DNA from: an uncultured bacterium
Lineage (GTDB): Bacteria > Planctomycetota > UBA1135 > GCA-002686595
Assembly (NCBI GenBank): GCA_943787795.1
Contig: CALSNU010000006.1
Location: 288,001-352,000, forward strand
Direction: 5' to 3'
Length of the DNA: 64,000 nt
Below the pieces are notes generated by a model. It saw nothing but the letters and a program-made list of their open reading frames with translations. It was not told where the DNA came from and searched no databases. Within the stretch, counting starts at the first letter, position 1. Each line of letters starts with the position of its first letter. Below, in pieces: positions 17,969 through 27,953 of the stretch. The translations under genes were made by a program, and so were the position numbers.

Positions 17969-20886
17969 GCGACCCCCCCGACCTTGAGCCAGACCCGTCG
18001 AGCGGCGACCGCGCTTCGACCGGCCCAGCTGGCGGACAGTCCTCCCCTGGGGATCCTGTTGCTGGAGGGGCTGCGGATAAGGGCGCTGCCGCGAAGAGCT
18101 CCAAGGTCGGCGTCCCGGCCCTTCCTGGCACCCGGCTCCAGCTCCTCGAGCGCCTCTTCGCCGGCGCCCTCCAGCGCCCAGCGGGTAGAAACCGACAGAG
18201 GTGGCTCAGAAACTCCGCAGGGGGTGACGAGGAGCTAGCCTCCGAGGTGGCCGACCTGCTGGACGCCCATGAGGCGTCCAGTGGCTTCCTCGAGACTGGC
18301 GCCGTCGTGGACAGTAGGGGCGCCGACGACGTTGAGGAGGTCAAGACCGGCTCGCTGATCGGCCCCTACACCCTCGTCGAAGAGCTCGGCGAAGGCGGCT
18401 TCGGCGTCGTCTTTCGCGCGACGCAGCAGGCGCCCCTGCGGCGAGAGGTGGCCCTGAAGGTCATCAAGCTGGGCATGGACACGCGGCAGGTGATCGCCCG
18501 CTTTGAGGCGGAGCGCCACGCCCTCTCGCTGCTCGACCACCCCTCGATCGCCAGGGCGCTCGACGCCGGCGCGACGGAGCGCGGCCGCCCGTTCTTCGTG
18601 ATGGACCTCGTGCCCGGCCAACCCATCACGACGTACTGCGACAATCACCGCCTGACCGTCCGCGAGCGACTGGAGGTGTTCCTGGACCTGTGCGGGGCGA
18701 TCCAGCACGCCCACCAGCGGGGGGTGATCCACCGAGACATCAAGCCCAGTAACGTGCTGGTGACCGAAGCCGAGGGGCTCCCGATCCCCAAGGTGATCGA
18801 CTTCGGCATCGCCAAGGCGACCAGCACCGAGCGAGGCGCTGGAACGCTCTTCACGGAGATGGGCCAGGTGATCGGCACGCCCGTCTACATGAGCCCGGAA
18901 CAAGCCTCCGGCAGCGCCGACATCGACACGCGCACCGACGTCTACAGCCTCGGCGTGGTCCTGCACGAGATGCTGTCCGGGGAGCCGCCCTTCTCCGCCG
19001 AGGCGCTCCGTGAGCACGCGAGCAGCGGAGACATCGCAGGGTTCCTCACCAAGAGCACGCCAACGCCAATGGCGACCCGCGTTGGAGCAGACCAACCGGA
19101 CTCCAAGAAGATCGCGCAGATGCGCAGGAGCACCCCCGGAGAACTGAGGCGACTCCTGCATGGGGACCTCGAGAACATCCTGCACTGCGCGCTCTCGCCC
19201 GAACGGGACCGCCGATACGAGTCCGCGGCCGCCTTCTCCAGGGACGTCCGTCGCGTGCTCACCAACCGCCCGATCGAGGCGGCTCCCCCCTCTGCCATCT
19301 ACCTGGGCACCAAGTTCCTGCGGCGTCACAGGGTGGCGGCCGTGGCGACCGCGGCAGTGATCGCCGCGCTGATCACCGGCCTGACCGTGGCCTTCCAGGC
19401 GCTCAGCGCGCGCCAGGAGCAGGCCGGGGTCCTGCGCGAGATCTTCTCCGCCACGCGGTACGCCGACGGGCCCGCCCGCGACCAGTCCCGGCCGCAAACG
19501 ATGCAGCCCGCCGAGCTGGACCGCATGGTCATCCGCGCCTTTGGGGTGACGGATGCCATCCGAGTGGATGCGCTCGGCACCCTCGCGGACCGCCTGATCA
19601 GCGCCGGGCAGCTCCAGGCCGCCCTCGAAGCGCAGGCCGCAGCCCTCGCAGCGGCATGGGAGATTCACGGCCCTGCCTCGGCTCAGGCTGCCCGGCAGCA
19701 GGCCGCGCTTGGCCTCCTTCAGGCCCGACGTGGAGATCGCCTGATGGCGAGGATCGAGCTGGAAGCGGCCCTGAACCTGGACCGCGTCACCCCTGGCCCC
19801 ACGGCCGTCATCGTGCATCAGGCCCGGCTCGAGCTCGCCAAGCTCCTCAACGAGTCCGGGGACAAGAGCGGCGCGATCGAGTTACTTGAGGAGGCAGACC
19901 GGATCGCCTCGACCCTGGAGGAAGGCGACGGGAGCCTGCGCACCGAGGCGCTGGAGGCGCTCCTCCCGCTGGTACAGGGCAGCGACAATCCGGTCGCGAC
20001 TCGCCGCGTCCACGAACGCCTGCTGGAGCAGTACGCCCTCCGGTACCCGGAAGAGAGCGCCTTCCTGGTCCGTCGACAGGTGGAGTACGCGGCCTGGCTC
20101 GCCAGCGTCGGGCTGGCAGAGGAGGCGTCGCTCCCCCTCGATGTGGCCCTGGACGCGCTGGATCGCACGGCGGCTCCTCCGCTCGACTTGCTCTACGAGA
20201 CGCTCGCCACCCTGAACCGCGTCTACGCACAGGCCCCGTCCCTCACCACGGACCTGGCCGCCCGAGCGAGCCTCGAGCGGGAGATCGACGTGGCTCGAAG
20301 GCGATTCTCCCCCGAGGCCACGGAGTACCTCGACACCCTCGCTCGGTGCGCGGCCGACTTCCAGAGGCGCGGCAACCTCGGGCGGTCCACCGAGCTGTTG
20401 AACGAGCGCTTTGAGCGCTTCGAGACCGCCACCCTCGAGACGGAGCAGACGGAGGCCACACGGCTCGCTCGCACTGCGCTCGCCGAGCAGCTCCTCGATC
20501 GGGCGGACACCATTCGCCGCCAGGGCGAGCTGACCCGTGACACGTACCGCGCTGCCCACCGGGCCGCGGAGCTCGCCGCCCCCTACTTCCCGGGCAACCG
20601 GAATCTGCTCGAGACCCGCCTCGTTCTCGCCACACGCATTGGAGAGTTCGCTCAGCTGTTCTCGCTGCTCGAGGAGTTCGAGCGCTCCAGCGGCGTCCAG
20701 GGATTGCACCCGCTCACGCTCGCCATGCAGGCGATCGCGTTCCACCAGACGCCCGCCACCCAGCGGATCGCACGACAGAGGCTCAGCGAAGCGCAGGAGC
20801 TCGCACGCCGGCCCGAGTTCATCGCGCTTCCAGGCCTACAGGAGGCGCTGGACTGGGCCGCCGAGGCGATCTACGGCGGAGGCTAA
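17965..20886 (+). CDS. Hanks-type Ser/Thr protein kinase with TM segment and TPR-like helical C-terminus
   Basis: GEGGFGVV, VALKVIK, IHRDIKPSN, IDFGIAK, GTPVYMSPEQ; 4-bp overlap with the sigma gene. Confidence 0.95.
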   Translation: MSDPPDLEPDPSSGDRASTGPAGGQSSPGDPVAGGAADKGAAAKSSKVGVPALPGTRLQLLERLFAGALQRPAGRNRQRWLRNSAGGDEELASEVADLLDAHEASSGFLETGAVVDSRGADDVEEVKTGSLIGPYTLVEELGEGGFGVVFRATQQAPLRREVALKVIKLGMDTRQVIARFEAERHALSLLDHPSIARALDAGATERGRPFFVMDLVPGQPITTYCDNHRLTVRERLEVFLDLCGAIQHAHQRGVIHRDIKPSNVLVTEAEGLPIPKVIDFGIAKATSTERGAGTLFTEMGQVIGTPVYMSPEQASGSADIDTRTDVYSLGVVLHEMLSGEPPFSAEALREHASSGDIAGFLTKSTPTPMATRVGADQPDSKKIAQMRRSTPGELRRLLHGDLENILHCALSPERDRRYESAAAFSRDVRRVLTNRPIEAAPPSAIYLGTKFLRRHRVAAVATAAVIAALITGLTVAFQALSARQEQAGVLREIFSATRYADGPARDQSRPQTMQPAELDRMVIRAFGVTDAIRVDALGTLADRLISAGQLQAALEAQAAALAAAWEIHGPASAQAARQQAALGLLQARRGDRLMARIELEAALNLDRVTPGPTAVIVHQARLELAKLLNESGDKSGAIELLEEADRIASTLEEGDGSLRTEALEALLPLVQGSDNPVATRRVHERLLEQYALRYPEESAFLVRRQVEYAAWLASVGLAEEASLPLDVALDALDRTAAPPLDLLYETLATLNRVYAQAPSLTTDLAARASLEREIDVARRRFSPEATEYLDTLARCAADFQRRGNLGRSTELLNERFERFETATLETEQTEATRLARTALAEQLLDRADTIRRQGELTRDTYRAAHRAAELAAPYFPGNRNLLETRLVLATRIGEFAQLFSLLEEFERSSGVQGLHPLTLAMQAIAFHQTPATQRIARQRLSEAQELARRPEFIALPGLQEALDWAAEAIYGGG

Positions 20887-22652
20887 CGGCGTCCCGCCGC
20901 GTCACCGGAGACGGTGAAACCCTGCTCCACGAATCGCGGGGCCAGGTCCTGACGAACCAGCAGGTTCACAAAGCCGCCGGGGACGGCAAAGCTGGCGCCG
21001 AAATAAGCCGCCGCAACGCGCGCGGCCGTATCGCGATCAAGGTACGGCGGCCCCCCAAAATTCGGCGCCACCGTGGGCGAGGCCAGCGCCGGCAGCAAGT
21101 CAACCTCTGTAATGGACAGGGGCCGCACGCCCACTGGGTCGAGGTGCAGCGCTCCCGCTCGCCGTCGAAGCGCCTCCTCGACCGCGTCCCTTCCGAACTT
21201 GACCTGCCCCGGAGCGGGAAGCCGAGCGATGCTCCGGTCCGTCAGCCCGGTCAGATCCAAGACAGAGGCGTCTGGACAGAACCACCGCAGCCTCTGGAGG
21301 TGCCGGTGTCCGAAGGCCTCCCCGTCAAGGGCGAGAGTCGCCGCGCGCAGGGCCGGGCGCTCCGGAGCGAAGACCTCCATCCCTGCGGGCCCCGAGCGCG
21401 CCGCCGACAGCCGCATACGAACCGTTTCTGCCGAGACCGACCCTCCGATCAACGCCCACGACTGGAGCGCCAGCGCCGCCGCCCCGAGCCCGAGGAGCAC
21501 CTGGGCGAAGCGCGCAGGCCGCCCGAAGCCGCGAGGCGCGGCGAAGCCCAGCCAAAGGGGAACACCGATCGGAAGCGCCAGCCTCGCCCCCTCATAGCTG
21601 TCGCCCCCCGAAGCCACCAACGCTGCGAGCGACAACCCCGCAAGCCACAACGCCACGCGCTGGATGTGAGCCCCTTCAAGATGCCCCTCGCGCCGCGCCG
21701 CGCCGAATCGAAGAGCGGCGATCACGGCCAGCGTCACCAACGCGAGGCCGCCCGAGCCTGCGACCAGCTGCGCCGCGTACTCGGCACCATCCATCCACTC
21801 CTGCACGAGGCTGTCCGAGCGCTTGGCGTGATAGGTGTTCGGGAGCCACGCCCCGTAGACCGTCCGCCTGAAGGCGGTCACCGGGACGACGATGAGCAGC
21901 GCGCTCACCGCCAGAGTCCAGCGACGCCCCCTCAGGGGCTCGCGTAAGCTCGTCCCCGAGCGCCCCTCGCCGGCAACGTGTCCGGAGGTGAGGCCCTCCT
22001 CAAGCGGGCCCGCAGGGCTTGGCCTCGCCAGCCAAGCGGCGGCCAAGCCGAGCGCCATCCCCTCAGGCCGAATCCAAGCGAGCAGCGCACCCCACCCGAG
22101 CGCCCCGCGAAAACGACGTCTCATCGCGGCGGTGGCGGCCAGCATCCAAACCAGCCCAAAGAGCGGCCCCTCCAGTCGGTAGGCTGCGCCTTCGAGGAGT
22201 CCGGGGACCGAGATCAGTCCGAAGGCAGCGATGGTGCACCGAACCCCGCCCCCGCCAAGCGCGGCGAGCAGGGCAACGCTGGCGCCCACGAAGATCGCCA
22301 GCTCGGCCAGGGCAAGCCAGCCAGCCGCCCGCAACGGATCCGCCCCCGGCCAGACAACGAGAAGCGCCATCTTCCCCAGCAGGTCCGCCGGGCTGGTCCA
22401 CGACTCCACGGTCGGGCCCTCGGCGCCCAGATCGGAAGTCGAGACCAATCTCCGGGCTTCAGCGAGCACCACGAACACGTCGTCGAGGCTGCCTGCGGGG
22501 GGCGCGAGGGCCAGAGCGCAGCAACCGAAGGCGGTCACGGCAAGTCCCAGCCCCAACCCCAACCCCAACCCGATCTGGGGCCCTCGCCCGCGCTCTGCTA
22601 CGCCCTTCATCCGGGGGACATTCTGCGCTCCGGGCAGGGCGGGACCCAGCAC
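20883..22652 (-). CDS. Polytopic membrane protein, GT-C glycosyltransferase-like (AftB-like)
   Basis: DD motif after TM1 (LDDVFVVLAEAR), VESWTSP, IRPEG, LPNTYHAK, GGDSY, LDLTGLTD; start uncertain. Confidence 0.7.
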   Translation of the reverse strand: MLGPALPGAQNVPRMKGVAERGRGPQIGLGLGLGLGLAVTAFGCCALALAPPAGSLDDVFVVLAEARRLVSTSDLGAEGPTVESWTSPADLLGKMALLVVWPGADPLRAAGWLALAELAIFVGASVALLAALGGGGVRCTIAAFGLISVPGLLEGAAYRLEGPLFGLVWMLAATAAMRRRFRGALGWGALLAWIRPEGMALGLAAAWLARPSPAGPLEEGLTSGHVAGEGRSGTSLREPLRGRRWTLAVSALLIVVPVTAFRRTVYGAWLPNTYHAKRSDSLVQEWMDGAEYAAQLVAGSGGLALVTLAVIAALRFGAARREGHLEGAHIQRVALWLAGLSLAALVASGGDSYEGARLALPIGVPLWLGFAAPRGFGRPARFAQVLLGLGAAALALQSWALIGGSVSAETVRMRLSAARSGPAGMEVFAPERPALRAATLALDGEAFGHRHLQRLRWFCPDASVLDLTGLTDRSIARLPAPGQVKFGRDAVEEALRRRAGALHLDPVGVRPLSITEVDLLPALASPTVAPNFGGPPYLDRDTAARVAAAYFGASFAVPGGFVNLLVRQDLAPRFVEQGFTVSGDAAGRR

Positions 22653-22971
22653 CAGGCTCGATGTGAAGGCTGACTGGGCGAGGCCGGACGCTGCCCATCG
22701 TGCGAATCCGCACAGGTCCTCTGGCCGGGCGGGCCAAGAACCGCCCCTTCCGTCGGGGAGTCAGGCCCCTCGGCGTTGCCTCTGCAGCCCCATCCACCTA
22801 CTCTTCTACCTGTCACCGGCCGCGTCACGGCCCCAGTTCACTGTGGAACGGGGTTTGCGACTGTTTGACATCTGCATCTGAGCTGTCGGCCCCGCCCAGG
22901 GACCTGGCCTCGGCCCCTCCATGGCCCCCATGGAGGCTCAGGCGCCACCTTCAATCCGATCTCGATCTTCG

Positions 22972-25900
22972 ATGACTGCACGGACCATCCTCCCCCGACC
23001 CCAGCCTGCGACCCCTCTCCGCCTCACCCAGGCGCTGGCTACCGTCGCTGTACTGGCCTTCGCGGGCTGTAACTCCACGTCCTCACCCGACCAGCAGACC
23101 ACCCCGGCCGGGTCACTCGAGACCAAGCCGAACGGTGACCTTTACCTGGTGGATAACAACTTCGGCGGCGTGGCCACCGAGGTTCGCATCGCGCGCCAGT
23201 TCTACGGGCGACTGGTCAACATCGTTGCGTTCGAGGACGCCGGGCTGACCCAGCGCACGACCGTCTTCGAGCAGTTCGTCGTGAATCCGAAGTCGCAGAG
23301 CAGCTGGGCGCTGCCGGACTTTGAACTCGAGACGAACCAGGTCACGGGTGTGCAGACCCTGGTGATCTATCGGGACTTCTCGGACGAGACGCAGAACGGT
23401 GGACGAGACCAGTTCCTCTCCCTGCTGGCCCAGGCAGAGAGCGGCGTTCGACCGATCGCCGACAACGGCTTCGTCGGCGCCGGCACCTACTCCATGGTGC
23501 CCCGCAACGCGGCCATTGTCGTGGTGTTTGACGACCTCATCGATCCGGCCACGATCAACTCGTCGTCGGTCCGCCTGTTGGTCGGCGAGCCCACCATCAT
23601 CCCCTTCGAGGCGCGCTTCCTCGCTGACCCCAATCACGGCGGGCTCGCGGACTTCAACGGCGAGCCGGGCACGGAGTTCTACTCAACGCGACTGATCGTT
23701 GACGCCGCCGTCAGCGAGGTGGAGTCCTTCAACAGCGACCCGCCGGTGTCCGTGAACACCATCGGGTACCCGGCAAGTAACGAGGCTAACCTCTCCAACG
23801 TGGAGCTCAGGTTCCCCACCGTCTCGCTCGCCGGCCAGCAGCAGCCACTGCTCCAGAACCCCACGGCGCACCCCCTCACGGTCCTCTCCAACGGCACCTT
23901 CGACTTCGGCTCGCCCGGCCGAGAGCTCGTCCGCGCCTTCCGCTCCGGCGGAGAGACCGCCGTGACGAACGACCCCTCCAACGGCTTCCTCCCGGACGAG
24001 ACCTCGCCGACCCTCCTCGGCAGTCTCTCGGCGGTCCTGCTGGACTCGCCCGCCACCGCACCGGGTGTCGACCCGCTCGTCTTCAACCTGCCTCGCCTGC
24101 TGTTCACCTCGTCTGCCTGCGCCCAGGCGCCGGCACCTGGAGACCTGATCAATCAGGGCCCCTACTTCGCCGAGGTCCTCAACAGCACCTCCGTCTCGCC
24201 GACGGGCCTGGCCCAGAACGTCCTCGTTCGCCTGGTGGCCTTCCCCCCCGGGTTCGACCCCGCGCAGTTCACGACGATCCTCGGTCCCGTCCAGTACGTC
24301 GTCCCGTTCATTCCGGCCGAAGACAGCTCGCGCTCCCAGTGCTTCATCAGCGTCTCGCCGGCCGCCCCCGACGCGAACGCTCCGATCAGCAACGTGGCGC
24401 CCGGCGCGACCTTCCGGTTCCGCTTCAGCGAGGCGATTGACCCGAACCTGTTCGAGCCCTACGAGTCGTTCCGGCTGCTCCGAAACCAACCCGACCCTCT
24501 CTCCACCGCGCCCATTCCGGCCGGCGACTTCATCCCCGGCGTGGTCCGCAACAGCACCTCGCTCCAGGAGTTCCGCTTCGAGCCGGAGCTGCCCCTCTCC
24601 CACAGCCAGGGCAGCGGCGAGACCTACTTCCTCGACTTCCCTGGCGGAGATCGAACCCCCAAGGACCTCGCGGGCAACCCGGTGGTCGGCCTGCTTTCCC
24701 CCCTTGAAGTCACCGTCGACGCCACTGCGCCCGACGCCCCGACCGGCGGACGCGTGATCCGCTTTGAGTCCGCCGACGAGGAGGCCCCCTTCGGCGACGC
24801 CAGCTCCGCCAACGTGATCGACACGTTCGCAAAGCCCGAGTGGTGGGGCCAGATCGTCTACGACCTCGAGCGAGGCCGCGTCCGCGGGCGCCCCGTCGTC
24901 CGCACCCAGGTGGTCTGCAGCCAGAACAACGAGGTCGTCGCGGCGATGCAGCCGGGCGTGGGAACCACCCTTCCGCTCAGCCCGTACGGCGCCCGCACCC
25001 AGATCCTTTGGCGCTATATCGACTTCGGCGATGACCTCCCCCTCACCCGGGACAACGACGTCGCCCAGGACCTGAACTACGCACAGATCAACCTCGACAT
25101 CGAGGGCGTCTCCCTCAGCCCCCTAGGCGGCAACCCGGTCTTCGAGAGCTACCCGGAGTTCCAGATGTCGATGGCCCACGCGGAGAACCTCCCCGACGAG
25201 CTCATCAACCCGCTCACCGGCGCGCTGGTCCTCCCGAACTCGGGGATTGGCAACACCTTCGAGACCAACATCGTCGACCCCGGCAACGATCCGCTGAAGG
25301 TGGTTCACCCCCGGGCGAATGGCTACACGATCAACCCCGGTGACCAGACCCTCGCTCCGGACGGCACCTCCCTGATCCCCACCCCCATGAACCAGGGGGT
25401 CCCGGCGAACCAGAAGGAGTACTACACCTGGCGCGACACGGCGATCCGGACCCGCGGTGGCTTCAATGGAGGCGGCGCGCCCGTCGCACGTCAGGCTCAG
25501 ATCACGGGCATCGGCCCGGTGGCCGAGCTCATCACCATGATGGGCCCGGACTGCAACCAGCCTGGAGACGCTAACCCGTTCTACCTCCTCGAAGAGGTGC
25601 GCACCGCAGGCCTCCCGCTGCTGGTCGAGTTCCGCTGCTACCCGACAGGCAACGCGTCCACGAGCAACATCTTCGCGCACCAGTTGGCGCACACCTCGAC
25701 CCTCCCGGGCTTCCGCGCCTACTCCGCGGGCGGCCGCGACGAGACGGGTGCGCTGAACCTCGTGAACCCGGACTCCGAGAACCTGGCCAACGGCGGCTTC
25801 GACCCCACGTCCATGCCCGCTGGTGCCCCGCTCCCCGGCGTGGACAACGCCCTTTACTTCGGTGCTCTGGACCTAGTGGTCCGCGTCAGCCGCGCTCACT

Positions 25901-26364
25901 CCTTGTTCTACGAGGCGATCGACCCCCTCGGCGTCGGCGCCTTCTCCGCGCCGACCTTCGTGGAGCCCGTCATCTTCCCCGAGCTTCAGCCCCAGGGAAC
26001 CAGCGTTGAATTCGCCTACCGCGGTGCGGTCACCATCATCGCCATCGCCGACGAGGACGCGAGCCGACAGGACGCCTACGGCGACTTCTACCAGACCAAG
26101 CCCATCAACTACACGCCGACACCGATGGAGGACCCCACCATCGAGCTGCGCGGCAATGCGTCCTGCTGGGATGGGTCCTTCAGCTACCAGGTCGCCGACC
26201 AGAACGGCCTGACCGGCTTCCTCAACAACGACGACACCTGGAAGACGGACGTGAATGACGTGACCGGCGCCCGCTTCCTGCAGGTGCGCATGTCCTTCAT
26301 CAGCAACGCCGGAACCGGCCTCGTCCCCGAGGTCGCTGCCCTGGGACTCTCCTGGCTCGAGTGA
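22972..26364 (+). CDS. Large (about 1130 aa) lipoprotein with Ig-like (Big_5/SbsA-type) domains
   Basis: Lipobox AFAGC; VPRNAAIVVVFDDLIDPATI, FRFSEAIDP...DLAGNP; frame open from 22921. Confidence 0.85.
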   Translation: MTARTILPRPQPATPLRLTQALATVAVLAFAGCNSTSSPDQQTTPAGSLETKPNGDLYLVDNNFGGVATEVRIARQFYGRLVNIVAFEDAGLTQRTTVFEQFVVNPKSQSSWALPDFELETNQVTGVQTLVIYRDFSDETQNGGRDQFLSLLAQAESGVRPIADNGFVGAGTYSMVPRNAAIVVVFDDLIDPATINSSSVRLLVGEPTIIPFEARFLADPNHGGLADFNGEPGTEFYSTRLIVDAAVSEVESFNSDPPVSVNTIGYPASNEANLSNVELRFPTVSLAGQQQPLLQNPTAHPLTVLSNGTFDFGSPGRELVRAFRSGGETAVTNDPSNGFLPDETSPTLLGSLSAVLLDSPATAPGVDPLVFNLPRLLFTSSACAQAPAPGDLINQGPYFAEVLNSTSVSPTGLAQNVLVRLVAFPPGFDPAQFTTILGPVQYVVPFIPAEDSSRSQCFISVSPAAPDANAPISNVAPGATFRFRFSEAIDPNLFEPYESFRLLRNQPDPLSTAPIPAGDFIPGVVRNSTSLQEFRFEPELPLSHSQGSGETYFLDFPGGDRTPKDLAGNPVVGLLSPLEVTVDATAPDAPTGGRVIRFESADEEAPFGDASSANVIDTFAKPEWWGQIVYDLERGRVRGRPVVRTQVVCSQNNEVVAAMQPGVGTTLPLSPYGARTQILWRYIDFGDDLPLTRDNDVAQDLNYAQINLDIEGVSLSPLGGNPVFESYPEFQMSMAHAENLPDELINPLTGALVLPNSGIGNTFETNIVDPGNDPLKVVHPRANGYTINPGDQTLAPDGTSLIPTPMNQGVPANQKEYYTWRDTAIRTRGGFNGGGAPVARQAQITGIGPVAELITMMGPDCNQPGDANPFYLLEEVRTAGLPLLVEFRCYPTGNASTSNIFAHQLAHTSTLPGFRAYSAGGRDETGALNLVNPDSENLANGGFDPTSMPAGAPLPGVDNALYFGALDLVVRVSRAHSLFYEAIDPLGVGAFSAPTFVEPVIFPELQPQGTSVEFAYRGAVTIIAIADEDASRQDAYGDFYQTKPINYTPTPMEDPTIELRGNASCWDGSFSYQVADQNGLTGFLNNDDTWKTDVNDVTGARFLQVRMSFISNAGTGLVPEVAALGLSWLE

Positions 26365-26416
26365 GCCCGCACCCGCCCTGAGCGGGCCCTGTCCCGCCCT
26401 GAGGCGGGAACACCAA

Positions 26417-26465
26417 GAACGAGGCCCCGCGTCGCACCCCAGTGGTGCGGCCCGGGGCCTCGTTC
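26417..26465 (+). terminator. Hairpin downstream of the large lipoprotein gene
   Basis: gaacgaggccccg...cggggcctcgttc 13-bp stem with inner gcacc/ggtgc stem. Confidence 0.6.
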
Positions 26466-26689
26466 GTTAGGCCATTTGAATCTGCCGCCTCGGCAACCCA
26501 TTATGAATCGATGAGGCCCCGGGACGCCCGGGCCATCACTGGAGCCCTACCCCCGCATCGTCACCGCGGGGCCGGGATGGTTTTTGAACTGGAGGTGATC
26601 AGAATGATGAGTGACGCTACCAAGGGAGCTCGCCGCTAGGCGTATGCCCGACGGGTGCGTACCCGCGTGCGTGTTCCCGAATCAACAAA

Positions 26690-26717
26690 GAGCCCGGCCG
26701 TCTAGACGGCCGGGCTC
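26690..26717 (-). terminator. Perfect 28-bp palindrome, terminator of the coiled-coil gene
   Basis: gagcccggccgtctagacggccgggctc followed on the minus strand by tttgttgatt. Confidence 0.7.
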
Positions 26718-26774
26718 ACTTCATTGGGAGGGAGAGCGGCCGGTCAGGGCCGCGCCTCTCCTGACGGTCCGCGC

Positions 26775-27704
26775 TCAGCGCTGGGCGTACCCGGCCGGCG
26801 CGAGTTCGTAGCCCACCTGCTGATCAGCGAGGCTCTGCGGCGCGAACTCCGCAGGGGCAGGCTGCTGCCGGACCTCACTGCGAATCTGCGAGGCAGCGAT
26901 CTCCAGGTAGTCCTGAGCCCTGGCCCCCGCCGCCAGCTGATCGAGCTCGGCCTCCTGCTCGGCGCGCTTGCGCTCCAGGGTCCCGGTGATGTGCTCGAAG
27001 CTCACGGCGTCGTAGCGACCGGCCTCATCCAGGGTCTGCTGTCGCTGACCGAGCATCTCGATCAGGCGCTCGTTCCGGGCGATGGACTCGACCTCGTTGT
27101 TGAGCTGCACCAGCTGCGCCTGGAACTGAGCGTGCTCACCTTCGAGCTCGTCCAGGAGCTCGACGAAGCGCTCCTCCTGGGTCCGCAGGTACTTCAGGTT
27201 GTGAGACGCGTCGGCAGACCGAGCCTCATGGGCGCTGCGGGTCCGCTCGATCTCGCGCATCTTCGCGTTGGCCCGGCGGAGGCTGATGACCTCATCCCCG
27301 AACTGCACCGCCGCGAGCTGGGCCCTGGGTGCCCCTGAAGCCGCCGCTTCATGGACCGCCGGAACCAGCAGGGCGAGATCGCGGTCGACCAGCGCGACGA
27401 CGCGTTGGGACACCGCGCGCTCCCGCTCGAGCCGCGCCACCTCCTCCTGGAGGGTGTGGAGATCACCGCGCACGGCGCGGATACGCTCGGGGTACTCCTT
27501 GGCCACCTCAGCGATCTGGCGGCGCATGGCCACGGGATCGTCGATGTTGTGGTCAAAGTGCAACTGAAGCTGACCTTGCACCTGATCGGCCATGGCGCCG
27601 ACGCGCTCGGGGCCAACCAGCATGGCGGTCCCGCCGACGACGGCCGCAGCGAGCGCGGTGCCGATGACGGCGGTGCGGAAGAGGGTCTTGAACAGGAATC
27701 GCAT
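26775..27704 (-). CDS. Membrane-anchored coiled-coil protein, PspA/IM30-like
   Basis: ATG 27704 (MRFLFK), N-terminal hydrophobic helix, then R..AM..QV...L...FD..IDDP and long heptad helices. Confidence 0.75.
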   Translation of the reverse strand: MRFLFKTLFRTAVIGTALAAAVVGGTAMLVGPERVGAMADQVQGQLQLHFDHNIDDPVAMRRQIAEVAKEYPERIRAVRGDLHTLQEEVARLERERAVSQRVVALVDRDLALLVPAVHEAAASGAPRAQLAAVQFGDEVISLRRANAKMREIERTRSAHEARSADASHNLKYLRTQEERFVELLDELEGEHAQFQAQLVQLNNEVESIARNERLIEMLGQRQQTLDEAGRYDAVSFEHITGTLERKRAEQEAELDQLAAGARAQDYLEIAASQIRSEVRQQPAPAEFAPQSLADQQVGYELAPAGYAQR

Positions 27705-27953
27705 GAGAAGCAGGTTCGGTTGAGGGTCATAGCGCCGCCTGGCGCAGGAGGGGCAGGGGGCACGGGTGCGGCGCCTGCACCACCTTCTTGGCCATTCCGT
27801 GGCTGGCCTTTCACGATTCCCCCGGTCCGGCCCGTTTTTCTGTTCGGAGGCCCTGTGATGGAATGGAATGGACCTGGGAACGTACAGATCACGTCCCGAC
27901 CCCCCTGCCGTCCCCCCCCCTTCCTCGCGACGCTTCCCTACCACCCCGTCCCC

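Noticed and set aside
26500..26720. tmRNA or RNase P RNA
   Set aside because: Too short; lacks tRNA-like ends, an ANDxxYALAA-like tag and the GAGGAAAGUCC motif
27351..27953. Long N-terminal extension of the second ECF sigma
   Set aside because: Overlaps the divergent coiled-coil gene and C-rich non-coding sequence; sigma similarity begins near 27954
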